Assembly: GCF_003704095.1 (NCBI RefSeq)
Contig: NW_020846901.1
Location: 62,001-126,000, forward strand
Length of the DNA: 64,000 nt
DNA from: Pocillopora damicornis
Taxonomy: Eukaryota
Reading direction: 5' to 3'
The translations under genes were made by a program, and so were the position numbers. Below the pieces are notes generated by a model, which searched no databases, was not told the origin of the DNA, and worked only from the letters and a program-made list of their open reading frames with translations. Below are positions 47,451 through 60,140 of this stretch, piece after piece (the stretch's first letter is position 1; each line of letters starts with the position of its first letter).

Positions 47451-50400
47451 TCAACAACTGATCATGCAGCAACTCCTTTTATGACTTTCTTTTCCTTTTC
47501 CTCTTTTCTTTTTGAGTGATTTTTTTTTCTTTTCGCAGATTGGCGTCAGTTTCACCATGGCCACCCCACTAGGGTTCACTCTGGCTGTAAATGATTCGTT
47601 GTACATTCCTAGCTGCTGATGAGCAAACAGGTCACGTGCACAAGCACTTTTTGTTGAAATTCCGACCTGCGTTTGAATAGAAACAGTTGGCTTAGTACGT
47701 GTGATGACTGGGGTTGCGAACGTGGGAGGACGTACCCCAGGATTTTTTCTAAGCATCCTAGTTCACGAGAGGAGTGAGTTAGTGAACATTTTTTTTGTCG
47801 GGATATCGATTTGGTCACGGTAGGGGATGTTCCCTACGGAATGGTCGTCCTGCATCCTGATACCCCACTAATCAACAATCTTTGTTTCGACCCACTATTT
47901 AAAAACGTCATAAAGATAAATACAGGACTAGATTAAATAAATAAGGGTGCAGGATATCCTGATACACCCATGAGGGCTTATTGTCAGGGGGGAATTCGTT
48001 TCGTAATAGGTCGGTATATATAACATTATTTTAGGTGGGAGTGTACAGCGAGAGTGAAGATCTAAATTTAGTATTGGTGAAAATAAGCTATGATCAAAAA
48101 GGTGGCAAATTCTTGAAAGTACTTTCTCCATAAGAAGGATACACACTCGGCATATTTTTACCCAAAGAGAAGGCACGTATCATATACACTTGGGAAACAT
48201 CATCGAAGGGATTGTGTAGTGTTTTTAAGGTAATCAAAGCTAAATTTGGTATTTCCTGACAATAAGCTTCAGAAGAGGATAGAGGATGGATTCTTACGTC
48301 AGAGAACGAGGCTTCCACATCAGACGGTAGATCTGATCTCAGGCTTAGAAGGACCACTGCTACACTTCCGCAGTCTGACAAGGGTCGTACCCATACCTCC
48401 GTAAACGATTTTTTATTCTATCGGAAAGAAAATAAAGCCACTTCGATCAGTAAACCCTTTAACTCCCAAGATCTCATTAGCAATTCTCCTTACTGTCTGC
48501 CATATAGTTCTTTTGATGTTAGTTTCGAGAATTTGGTATTGGATCAACTTGTAATCTCCTAATTAGTGTTTGTTTTTATACTCATTACTTGTCTTCTTGA
48601 TATTCTATTGTTATTGTGAGGAGACATTCTGTCTTGGTCACTCATGGGGGTTAAAAAGGTTAACTATTAGCAGGATATCAAACTTTGAGCTACGTGATCA
48701 GCAGCTTTTGATATTGCAGCCAGAATCTGGCAGTATGCAGGATTAACGCTTGTTGCCTATGAACCCAATAAACAGCCTGTAACTTAATGAGAGTGTACCG
48801 ATCCGACGGCGAAATAGAAAGTTCCTGAGGTTTGAATCCTCGAGGGTTACCCAGATTTTTTCGTTTGTCCCATACTCTTGCAAAAAAATTATTAAAACAA
48901 TTGTCCCAATTGGTCATAGCAGCTTAGCATTTCAAGCAATCGTGTTGAAGGCATCTTTCAGGTGGAGAAGAAAGACATTGTAATTCCGTATGTTTTGAGG
49001 TTATAGAAGCTTGAAAACGACTCGTCTAGACGTAGGCAACTTTCTGCTCAAAATTACTGGTTATATTGAATTTCGTTTTACCTGAACCACTCGCTTGCCT
49101 TGTTTTCCGAGCTTGTCTTGGTTTACAGCGATTATTTCTCTATAAAATATATATATCAAATTTAGGCCTAATTGCATTAGGAGTAAAAAATGGGTTTATT
49201 GGAATGTGTGGTAAATTTTTTGTTGGTTAGTTTATTGGCGGATTCCTGGCTCCGTCTGCATTCCGTTCTGTCTCCATTCTTTTCTAACTCAAGTGACCAG
49301 TCGCCGATTCATAATGAGATATTCCCCTCCGCAGCAACGAAGAAGAATTTTACTAGGAAAGCACAAGGATATTTCTGGAAGCTATAAAACAGGTCTACAT
49401 CGTTTTCGTGGACTCGTGGGCGTGTTAGCCTTTGAGAAGTAACAAAAATGATACCATGGCTTAGATGTTACAATGCAGAGAGCTTAATTTGTTAAAACAA
49501 TGAAATGCTGAGTTTTGTAGTGCCAGTGACAGTGCACGTGACTTACGTGTTCAGAAGAATTCCTCTGGATCTGGCATCAATGTCACGCAAGTCGTTGGAC
49601 ATAAGCAAGGGCTGATGACGAAAATCATGTAAAGAATTGATTTGTAAACATGAATTACTGTCGAAGAGACTCAGTTGAAAAAAACTATGCAGGGGTGGCC
49701 ACTGGCTGTTTGCTCCCATGCCATCAATAAGTCATTACTACTATCATTCCTTATTCCCGAGAAAGAAAAATGAAAAAAAAAAACATGGTTATAACAGTAA
49801 AAACGAATTCGTTCACGAGGGACTGTTCCCGTCGCAGGGGATACTCACAGATGCCAATATGGCCCAAAGAGCAAACTGTAGCTTTGACTGTTCATAACTG
49901 AGACCAAAGTTTCCGATAATCAGCTGAAAGAGAGAACCGGAAAATGTCACTCATGCAGGTTTAAACAAGAAACACGATAGTTCTTATGCTCTCAATTAAC
50001 TAACTGATGAAAAGCTCATGTTTTCCCGTGCCAGAGTATGGTATGGATTGGGTTTGGCAGAATCTGGATCTCGTTTCATGGAGAATAAACTGATCATTAC
50101 ACCATTCACAAAAGAAAAGTCAAAACAATTTGTTTTATAACAACAGAATGGTTAGATTTTCAGGCACATGGATTGCGGTATGGTCAAAATATAGAAAATG
50201 TAGAAAAGTAAAGGGCAAATATGAAAAAGTGAACCATTTCTATGTCGATTTAAAGTCGTGTTTCTTTTGCAATTTTCTTATAGCTGAACTTGCAAAATAA
50301 AGATATAAATCTGCTGATGTCGCGTGGATCAAAGAAAGAAGTCTGGAGAGAGGATTGATGGTACAGGGAGACACACCGAGTGCGCATGCATTTCAGTGAG

Positions 50401-53400
50401 AGTCCACTGACCATATCAGGGTCGTTCCAGTTTCCACTGCCTGCCACAGGTATCATGTCATTTTGGTTGTCTCCATACCAACTGAAAATGTCTACCAAAC
50501 TCTGGAATGAATCCTGCAATTTAAAAGCCGATAATTTTAAGTGCCCTATGACATCAGTCACCATGATTTGAAGATCTAAGATTAAAATTCAGCCTATAAA
50601 GTTTTAAATTCGAAATATGTCTAATTCGATATATCTTACAGTAAGGAAGGAGAAATCCAACATGTATGTTAACCCTTTTCCCCCCAAATCGCATAGAAAA
50701 GTGAATCATGGCGGCAATACGCGTTATTAATTTTACTTTTACCTGTATATCACCATAATTTCTCCATAGATTGCAGTGTTTCGCGATCTTCTTGTAGTTG
50801 GGCTAAAAATTAATTTACAAAACACGCATTTCAAGTTTTGATCTTACGCCACAGCCCAGCACCCGAATAACATTATTACATTAGCTGTGATGTAGCATTA
50901 GAGATGATTCATGGAAGGAAAGTTATCATGAGCCTTTTTTCAATTTTGCATCCCTTTTTTTGGCTTTCACCATGATCAAACCCGTAAAACTTTCAGCCCC
51001 TATGCACGCTTTACAAAAACAAAATCAAAACGAAGACGAGCTAATGACCTTAGATTGGTGCAAACCACTTTTTAAACAAAACTTGCATCGTTAGAAACAT
51101 TGTTATACACACTTTCATGCCCATGAAGACTTGGTAAGCAGGCCAACTACATGAAAACACTATGGGGCGGCCTGTCTTATTCAGTGCCTTGGCAAACTTT
51201 GGGTATCCTTTGTCCATCTCTTTGGGGTTTGCATAACAGCCATCTAACTTGAGGTAATCTACTCCCCAATCTGCAAATGTCTGAAAAGAAATACCAACTT
51301 AGAGTGACAATAAAATTATTTGCCCACTGTGAACCAGAGAAAAAAGAGTGGATTTTAGAGTGCGATCCTTTCAAATGATGCAGAAACCTGTGCATCTTTC
51401 TTTATATGATGAATACTCCCTGGGTAGCCTGCGCATGTCTTGGTTCCATAATCTGAAATCATTCAAAGAAATCAGAAGGTTACAGACTGATCTGACGACA
51501 AGTCCGGAAAAACAGAAAGTTTCAAGATAAGTGAATTATAAAGGACCAAGGCCGGTACCTGCATAGATTCCTAATTTGAGTCCCCTTGCATGAACCTGAA
51601 AATATCATCAAAGTGTAAATCTGCATAAGCTTCGAGGAGGAATGACCTTCTTTGACAACAACTCCAATGAATATATCATGAAATCAGAAGCATCGGAGAC
51701 AAGTGAGATGACGTAAAACATATTGCTCTACGTACGTAATCTGCCAGCTTTTTAATTCCGTTTGGGAAACGTTTTGGATCCGCTTGCAGCCGACCGTCTT
51801 TAGTTCGATTCATATCTGTCCAGCAGTCCTAGGCGAACAGAAAGTAATTGAATAGAGCACAAAGAAACGGAAATTAAGGTTATAAAGAAAACCTAAAATC
51901 TGAAAAACCGAGCATTAGGTGCAAAAGATAAAGCGATAGAGTCAAGAGCGAAAACTAAAGTATGGGTGGTAATTGTTAATTAGCAGGTGGATTACTTACA
52001 TCAATGCAGATATATTTATAGCCAACATTGCTGTAACCACCAAAGTACATTGCATCTGCCATTTCCATGTAAAGTCTTTCACTGCAGTCAGATCAATCAA
52101 TCAATCAATAAATCGGTCTATTAAGCAGTCAATAAAGCAATCAATTAATCAATCAATCAGTCAATCTAATTTTGGTTTTTGTAAATAGGAATTATGGCGC
52201 ATTGCAAGTAGTGAACGTAAGCTATCGTGTTCAATAGTCTCGATTCATTTGTTCAAAACATATTGAGTTGCACGAGTTTTACCTAATGCAGTTTTTAGGA
52301 TCCTTCTCGCAATCAGTAACACAGCGAAATCTCTCCCACGACATCCATCCCACTGGAATAAACATACACAAAAATTTCTCAATATTAATTTGATTTTATG
52401 TCAAGAGAAGATAGTCTAAAGGTTCTTCTCGTTTGAATCTCAATTTCGGACAACAGGAACACAGATGACGTCAGAAAAATCATCTAACAATGATCGCTCC
52501 ATGCATACTCACATGCCTTACACAACGGAGAAACGTGACTGTGTTAATTCAAACTGGCTAAGATGGAAGAGTACGCCATAAGTAACTATTTTCATAGTAT
52601 ACGAAGTAATTATCAAAGCTATTCAGCTCTTGCACTAAAAAAATCATGCATTCTTGACTCGATCAATGGCTCGTGGGTGAGTTCAGTGAACTCTGGAATT
52701 TTGATAAACCCGTCTAGCTGTAGTATTTCTAAATTTGGTGTGTAACTGGAGAACTATCAAGTATGCCTGTTGAAGAATGTCCTTCCCTGTGAAAAGGGAA
52801 GGATTCTTTGATACCGCGTTTTGTCATAAAAAAATTGTGATCTCATATGATAACTAAGATATTTTCTCTCATTAGGTTCAGTGTCAATCGACTGATACCG
52901 AGAAAAAAGGTTCATGCCCGTAAAAAACACGAATTCTCAGCCAGCGGTTTCCATAACACTTCTTAACCTCGTACCTAAGGTACCTCCCCCTCAAAAAGGG
53001 GAGGTGCCTTAGGGACAAGGTTGACGAGTTGTTGCTAGGTGATGACAAATTAGACCTTTGTTCGTTCTCACGGCTCTCCAACTATGTACCCTAATCAGCA
53101 AATTCAAAGGATCTAACATGAGCTTAACTGAAAATCTTTCTAAATCGCGAATTTTTTAAACTTAGGCTAGCATTTCTCTCCTCGGTGAATACCATCGATA
53201 TTCGCTTCGAAATATTTTATTCAATCGGCTTTTATTTTGGTTCACTTTGTCGCTAAAAAGATTTTGCCTACCCGTATAAATCATGTCTTTTTTAAATACC
53301 AAAGATCAGCTTACAACAACAAATGTAGCGCGAGATGTGCATTTACTGAGATCAAATTATTATCTTGTTGTGAGTCAACCACGGAAAAACATGTTTTCTT

Positions 53401-53834
53401 CCATCAATATTTACTGATCTCTCGACAGGTCTAACAGGTACCAAACAGGGATAAAGAACGCATTGTCACCAAGTAAAATGGTGATAAATTATGAAATGAA
53501 ATAATAAAGGGAGAATCGAATTTTACAAACATAGAAAAACAAGGTCATGATAGCAAGGTAGTGTAGACTGGGAAACCGAGGTAAAATGCAATAATTTTAG
53601 CAAACGATTGCCAGAATTTGAACAAAATTATTCATGACCAGGTCTGAATTTTGCCTCGAGAAATATTGAATTGTTTATAATTTTTTGTGAAATTTAGTTT
53701 CTTTAGCAGTTGCAGGCTACAAAAACTAACTACTTACTTGGTGGAGTTATTGCAAGACCATTATTCAGCGAGCAGACTTGTTGTAAAATCGTCGAAAATA
53801 GACATAGGAACACTGCTTCGCTCAAAGCGGGCAT
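47451..53834 (-). CDS. NAGA: GH27 glycosidase paralogue B, alpha-N-acetylgalactosaminidase-like (SCSWPAY motif), signal peptide, polybasic Cys-rich tail, about 435 aa
   Basis: 14 exons: 53834-53738, 52352-52283, 52081-52000, 51828-51736, 51595-51559, 51452-51388, 51280-51113, 50802-50743, 50513-50412, 49923-49849, 49611-49547, 49139-49082, 48417-48298, 47666-47451. Motifs [28 protein letters not shown] and WRNYGD. Confidence 0.9.
48451..48663. mobile_element. TTAA-type MITE copy (subfamily 1) in a GH27-B intron
   Basis: taaaccctttaactcccaagatctc...ggggttaaaaaggttaa. Confidence 0.8.
52093..52165 (+). repeat. Degenerate (TCAA)n microsatellite
   Basis: tcaatcaatcaatcaataaatc...tcaattaatcaatcaatcagtcaatc, adjacent to a GH27-B splice acceptor. 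Confidence 0.8.
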
Positions 53835-56782
53835 TGCTCTTAAGAGCTGTTTTGTTACAAATGCTTGCTTTGTTTATTAAGAGCTAATGCACCGTGACCT
53901 CAGAACAAAATTATTGCTAAGCATTACCAGTAAATTAAATAAATTCATCCGTGTTTCCATAAAAAGGCTGATGCTTCTTCGTATTATTATTATTTTTTTT
54001 GGTTCATTCGCGCACCTTCTAAGGCGAAAGAGCGAGAATCGCTGAGTGTCATTTACTACGCCGGTTTTTGTCATTTTTATCAAGCTAGTTGTCTTAAATG
54101 CATGCAGGCCTTTTACAGCCAATCATGGCAAATTTTGATTAAATTAGTTGTTATAGCGACTGACTGTGACAGCGGGCTCATGACCTCCGGGTCCTCGGGT
54201 CCGATTTTGTTGCTAAGGTTACTGGTGATCAATTGTGAAGTGGATCTTCATGATTTGTGGGAAGACGTCTGGGAAGTCACTGGACTCGATTCAGTCTGTT
54301 TTCCAAAAAGAAAATTAACCAGGGGAAAATCGTTTATGTCAGTTGTGGTTCCAGAAAATAAACTGCTCATTAAATAATCTATCATCTGATTAGCCAAGAA
54401 AACCCTCAAGCTAATTTGTCGCTAATGAAATCCTGTCAACCGTTGGCGGAGTTTCAGAGAAACTAAATCAGTCGTATCTTTACAATCATGAAGACATGTT
54501 CTTCTGGCTGATGAATACATGTTCTGTTAGCTAATGCATATCTCTCTATCGCCACAGTTGCAGGAGGTCTGTAACTGCATAGTACTGTAGATCTTATTTG
54601 TTCAGATGGTTGTATTATAGCTTGTTTGTGAAATTTTAAGTGAAATTTTGCAAAATAACGTCAGGACATACTGCATCCATTTTGCCCTGAAAATATTCAA
54701 TTCATCGCTTTTGAAATGTGAGAGAGAGGGATCAAAACTGGAATACTCTGCGTTGTTGAAATCCCTAAGTATCATTAGGTTAGTGTCAGCGAAGATCTAT
54801 TTATATCTCTGCACGATAAAATAAGGTTTCTTAATAATCTGGTTCTTAAACAGAAACGAAAATGGTTCTCCCTGAGAAACAGTTTGCATAGTTGGCAACT
54901 ATGTGCTCAGATATATTGAGTTGTGTCGCTCTTCCATGCAGAGGTGTTTTTGTCAGACTATCGTCCTGCACACATTCAACCGACCAACATAGTTCTTTAT
55001 AGTTCAGTATTATTTTCAATATGAAGAGCGCTTTTAGTCACTTCATTGGATTTAGTTTCAAGAGAGTTTGCAAGAACGAACCTGACTCGCCAATTAGTTA
55101 TATCAGGGAGGGGGTGGTGGTCTGCTTCTTGACCCTCACCAGTACATTCCTACCAGCGCTATTCAATTCGCCATAAGGCAATGCTATATAAAAGTAAGAG
55201 TTTGGTATAGAAAAAAAAGAAAAGAAAAGTAAAGCTATTGTCTGAGAGGATGACCGCTCCTAACTGGTCGAGTTAAGACCGAAAAAGGTGTTGGGGCTAT
55301 TGTATGATGTGTCTTCCATGGCCAATATGTTCCTTGTTTAAAGAGGCTGTTCCGCCGGCCTTGGCATTATGCGCCGTTATAATTAAGATATGTGTATATG
55401 AAGTGCTTTAATGTAGGTTAAGTGGCACAGGTCGACTATTGTTCCTGTTTAAGAACAACACAAAACACAAATAGAAACACATGTTCATTAATTGGATTCA
55501 TCAGTGAAATATGCATCATCGACCTACAGCTTTGTGGCTTTATTCGACCTGACACATTTGTCATATAGAACATTTCTCTCGATAACAACTATTTAACAGT
55601 CCCTAACTATATCATGCATTGCTTCTCCTTGCCGCTAATTCGGGCAACTAGCCGCTTGCTTGCGGGTGAATTGGTAATTTGACTCAGTCAAGCGTTGAAA
55701 TCCAGTACGTCTGAACTTTTTTTTCTCTTTCATTGTGTAGGCGGACAAAAGCGTCTTCATGTCAATACTAGGCCGCTGATTCGCGTGAAAACTGAGAAAC
55801 TTGATTAATACGCTTCCAATATGCTTCGTAATACGGATAACCGTTCTTTAAGCATAAGGAAGTTCTAAACAAACCCTCTGTAGCTGTCTGTTGACACTAG
55901 TAATCAACCTCGTTGGAATGATGACTGACAACGAGATTACAAACAAGACAAACAAATTAAGATCAGAATCAACGAAGTGAGTTCAGGAAAATTAAAATGT
56001 CATAAATCAGGCTTTTTCTCATCACAGAACGCCACACAGGGTCACAAATGTAATCCGAAATCTATGAGAAACTAACGCACCTTTTATAATAACGATCATT
56101 TGTATCTTACATGTAAGGTCTCAAATTGCGAGTACGATCGTGATAGTAATTTTAACATTCGAAACCCTATTACCCCGGTGGCTTTTACAGCTGAATGACA
56201 GTTATCAACTTAAGTAGTTTTTTGTATTTCCATTCGCAATTTTAATTTTTTCATTAAGCACAGGTTTTTGTTTCACGCTTTCAACCAAAAGATAGATAGT
56301 TCCTTCAAAACGAAACCTGTAGTGCCATGCGAATGATCCATGGATAACTCTAAAAAATAATTATCCAAACTGTTTTTTGCAAGTTTAATCGTGAATCGTG
56401 CTATCCTTGCTATCCTCGCTATCCTCGACTCAGTTTAGACATATTAGTCAACTGAAGCACTTTAGAGCGAGTAATCAGAACAGTAGAGAAAATGATGAGC
56501 AAACAGTTCTCACATGTGTCTTCGAGAGCGCCAATGTCATTGACACAGCTGTAGTCAAATTCAATGTGCGAACTACAAAAACTTCAGATTTCAGAAAACT
56601 CTTCCTCGATACAGCTTCATGTCGATTACTTTCCAAGTAATCAATTATTTAATCAATGTTCAACTCGAACTAGTAACGGCGAGGCAGATTTCATTCACTG
56701 ATCCAAGCGAGTACAAAATGTCAAGAACACTTCTCCCTGGAACTGCAACGCAACTTTCACCATGAATGACGTTGTGTGCCGG

Positions 56783-57490
56783 CTACATGAAAGTCATGGC
56801 TCGCTCTCGTCCCCGTATCTTAACCAGATTCCTGTCTGTAAATCCGTCCTTTATGTGACTTATACTCGCGCCTTTTTCGATTAGAAAGCGCGCGCAGTCA
56901 AATTCTCCTTCGTAAACCGCGGCATCCAGCGGCGAGGATCCTTCTTTGTCGCGAACTTCTAACTGCGCACCTTTTGTCACGAGGTACTGAAGACATTCAA
57001 AGCTCCCTGTGCTTGCAGCTCGGTGCAAGGCATACGACCCATCGACTCCTGGAGCATTAAGGTCGACTTTCGTACCTTCCACCACATTTTTTAAGGTATC
57101 AACATCATTGTAAGTCGCAGCCCATTGGAGTAATAGTTGTGGATCTAGCGACAAGCTTTGCTTTCTTCTCCTGGCCGACTTATCTTCTGGCTTCAGTTTT
57201 CCATCGTCTTTTTGCGCCGCCATTCTCTCTTCGCTGATTCTCCTGAACACACTGTTTCTTGTTGGAAATTTTAACGCAGTCTTTGTGGCAGAACACATTT
57301 CTATTCCAAGATGGTACAGATCAGCGCGTGTGTTCTTGCTTTCATCTGTTGACTTCCAAGATTGCACGCGAATATCTGGTGTCTCCGTGTCTTTTGAGCC
57401 CTCACGGGTTGATGTAGATAATGTTTTGGCTTCTAGAGTTTCATTTCCTGTAAGCGGATTTGTTTTGATGAAATTTTTGGCTGTGCACAT
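56783..57490 (-). CDS. Ankyrin-repeat protein with disordered N-terminus, single coding exon, about 235 aa
   Basis: About 3 ankyrin repeats (DGSYALHRAASTGSFECLQYLVTKGA; EGSSPLDAAVYEGEFDCARFLIEKGA). First ATG is at 57490, with an in-frame TGA upstream at 57544-57542. Confidence 0.82.
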   Translation of the reverse strand: MCTAKNFIKTNPLTGNETLEAKTLSTSTREGSKDTETPDIRVQSWKSTDESKNTRADLYHLGIEMCSATKTALKFPTRNSVFRRISEERMAAQKDDGKLKPEDKSARRRKQSLSLDPQLLLQWAATYNDVDTLKNVVEGTKVDLNAPGVDGSYALHRAASTGSFECLQYLVTKGAQLEVRDKEGSSPLDAAVYEGEFDCARFLIEKGASISHIKDGFTDRNLVKIRGRERAMTFM

Positions 57491-58134
57491 TTCGTTGGAT
57501 GCAGTTAAATGTTGCTCTAGTTTTGCCCGTTTCCACAAGTTTCACCTTCCAACGCCTAAAGGCAGTCCTTGACTAAAAAATTCCAATATTCTGCGTTGAT
57601 AAATCAGGTTTTAAAGACGTCATGGTTGTATTCAATTAAGAGCTTGTTTTCTTTCGCTATCTTTGATCATGGTTGACTTTAGACTAATTTAAAAATTCCT
57701 GCGGTCTTTCACAGGTCAGCGAACTTTCTGGCCCTGCTTAAAAGATCCTTTCCTTTCACAAATCCGTTGACCTCTTGTATATTTATTTTTGTTAAAGAAT
57801 TACTTAATAATTTCTTTTTTTTTCTTCAACAAACTTTCCGACTTTGTTTTCAATGGCTGGTTATAATTGCTTTTTTTGTCATGCCTTGGAGCGAAACATA
57901 TATATTATCTTTCAAAATCTGTCACATTGTTTGGAGCTCTTTCAATTTATTTGGATCTCCATTGTGCGATGCGTTTATCGTCAGCTATATACAATTTAAT
58001 TGGCTCGCAACCGTGTGAGATATTAGTTTAACAAACAAAGGAGAGTACGCGTCATGGTTTGTTTTGTAATTTTCGTCATTAAGGAGACTGAAGGCTATTT
58101 GTTCTTTCCCTATGACGTTGACGTGGATATTTCA

Positions 58135-60140
58135 NNNNNNNNNNAAGTCCTAGACGCTTCATCAATACGGGTCTTAATCCTTAATTCGTTCAACGACAAG
58201 ATTGCTCATCACTACTTAACTCGTACTTGAAGTGTTTAAAATTTACTTATTTTGAAATATTAATTTCTTGGCTTATTTAAGCTCTAGAGCCGGGAAATAG
58301 AAAATGATACATGNNNNNNNNNNNNNNNNNNNNNNNNNNNNNNNNNNNNNNNNNNNNNNNNNNNNNNNNNNNNNNNNNNNNNNNNNNNNNNNNNNNNNNN
58401 NNNNNNNNNNNNNTGAATTAGCCATCGAGTACAATCCACCACACCTCGGATTCAAGTTCCCATTATCTGCCAAACTATCACCTGAGGGATAAAAAAAACT
58501 TCTTTTAGAAGACTTTGCTGATCGTTGAAGTCGAAGAAGTGTAGTAAATCAAGGTTAAAGCTATCCTTAAAGCTGGCCCTTAGGGAAACAGTGAGGTTGG
58601 CTCCTTGAGGGAAAATAAAACTTACTATTTTCCGTAGGGCCATTCATTAAGTGTTTTTATTTACCTTCAAACTTTAAAGAGTCACTGAAAAAATATAAAT
58701 TTCTTGACTCGGGGTGGCACACAGTTTTGCCGAGGTTTTAAGGTCCCCGACGTGCTCACGTGCGAGTCGAAAGCTCAGGTTATTGTTTCCCTTGGGAATT
58801 AGTGAGTTTTGTTCGCCTTAAGGAGTAAGTGACACATAGCATGTGACACGTTCTCCTCCAATAGGAAAACGTATTTGTGTCGGGAGGTGTAACAAAAGAG
58901 TCTATCTACATAACATGGCCACCATGCTACTCGTAAGATAAAGTTGATGAAATTTGAATTATGAATAAATAAATGAATAAATTTGAACCAAATCTATTTA
59001 TTTTTCTCTCTTCTATTTATTTAGCGTAATATTTATCAGACTGGGGTAGTTCAGTTGCAAGCTGGTTTGAATGTGGGCCTGTAAATAGGCCGAAATTATG
59101 AGATGAAATTAATTATATTTTAGGGAATTTTTCGCTTACCGACACGAATTTCTATGTTGAAAAGCCTATATCCAACATCTACTCTGTTGACCATGAACAC
59201 CTCTGATACGTGCTGACTTGATCCCAGATCCCCACGCCACCAGGGATTCGTTGTTTGAGCTGTATGTGTACAACTTGATGAGCTCCAGATACCGTCAGTA
59301 TTTCCATCCACTGCTCGCACAGGGTAAGCATTAGCATAGTCAGAGGACTGAGATGCTGACTTGCTCAAAGCAAGGTTTACTGATGAAGTACAAGCAAAAG
59401 TCACCGACTGTGCTGATAGAAATAAAATTTCAAAGCTCACATGAACCCACTCCTAACAGCTTCGCTAAAGGTAGAACAACTCAAACGTCCATAACCAATA
59501 ACTTGGATATAGCCTTGATCTCTTTAAATAACGGTCGTGATTAGTCAGTTTCTATTCGCCGGTAATGTTAGGTCCTTCTATTCGGTACTTTTGGTACGTT
59601 TGTTATGTAAATGTCGTGAACAAGTCGTTTGTATGGTGCCACTAGTTGTTGGTATCTGCTGAGAGGGGTCTCTACTAAGTTAGTGAACCACCTCTCCCAA
59701 CTAGATTTACAACACTTGATTGAGACCTCACCCGACTCGGCTCATGACTTCCGCTAAGGTTGTCGAAACCTCAGTCACCACTACCGACAACATCCTTCTA
59801 CGGCTACTCCCACCCGGACGATCAGACGGCAGACCCAAATACCTACCCTGCTACCTCCCTGCCTCCTGTCTCACCTGCCTACCCTGCTTACCAGCCAACT
59901 TCCTTCACACTCTCGCTCTCATACTACCTGCCTATTTAATTATCTATCTCCCTACCAACCTGTATGTCTTTCTTTACCCAACTATTTATCTCACTAATAG
60001 AGGTTCTAAAGAAGTTGTGGTGCTGCGTCAGTGGGAGAGTNNNNNNNNNNNNNNNNNNNNNNNNNNNNNNNNNNNNNNNNNNNNNNNNNNNNNNNNNNNN
60101 NNNNNNNNNNNNNNNNNNNNNNNNNNNNNNNNNNNNNNNN
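58135..60140. other. Assembly gaps (N runs at 58135-58144, 58314-58413, 60041-60140)
   Basis: Directly visible N runs of 10, 100 and 100 bases. Confidence 0.99.
58414..59379 (-). CDS. Two exons of an F-type lectin (fucolectin/F5_F8-like) domain on a small gap-bounded contig; partial
   Basis: Exon 59379-59140 (VNLALSKSASQSS..RAVDGN..CTHT..NPWWRGDLG..NRVD..RL.NIEIRVG) and exon 58481 into the gap (GDSLADNGNLNPRCGGLYSMANS). Confidence 0.8.

Noticed and set aside
47420-47460. Cys-TGA end of GH27-B as possible selenocysteine or CaaX signal
   Set aside because: No SECIS-like hairpin is evident in the short 3' UTR, the last four residues (MISC) are not CaaX, and the protein has a signal peptide.
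52966-53024. Strong short hairpin, also one at about 3003-3059, as a terminator or ncRNA
   Set aside because: Eukaryotic context; the ends match short palindromic interspersed repeats and no RNA family is recognisable.
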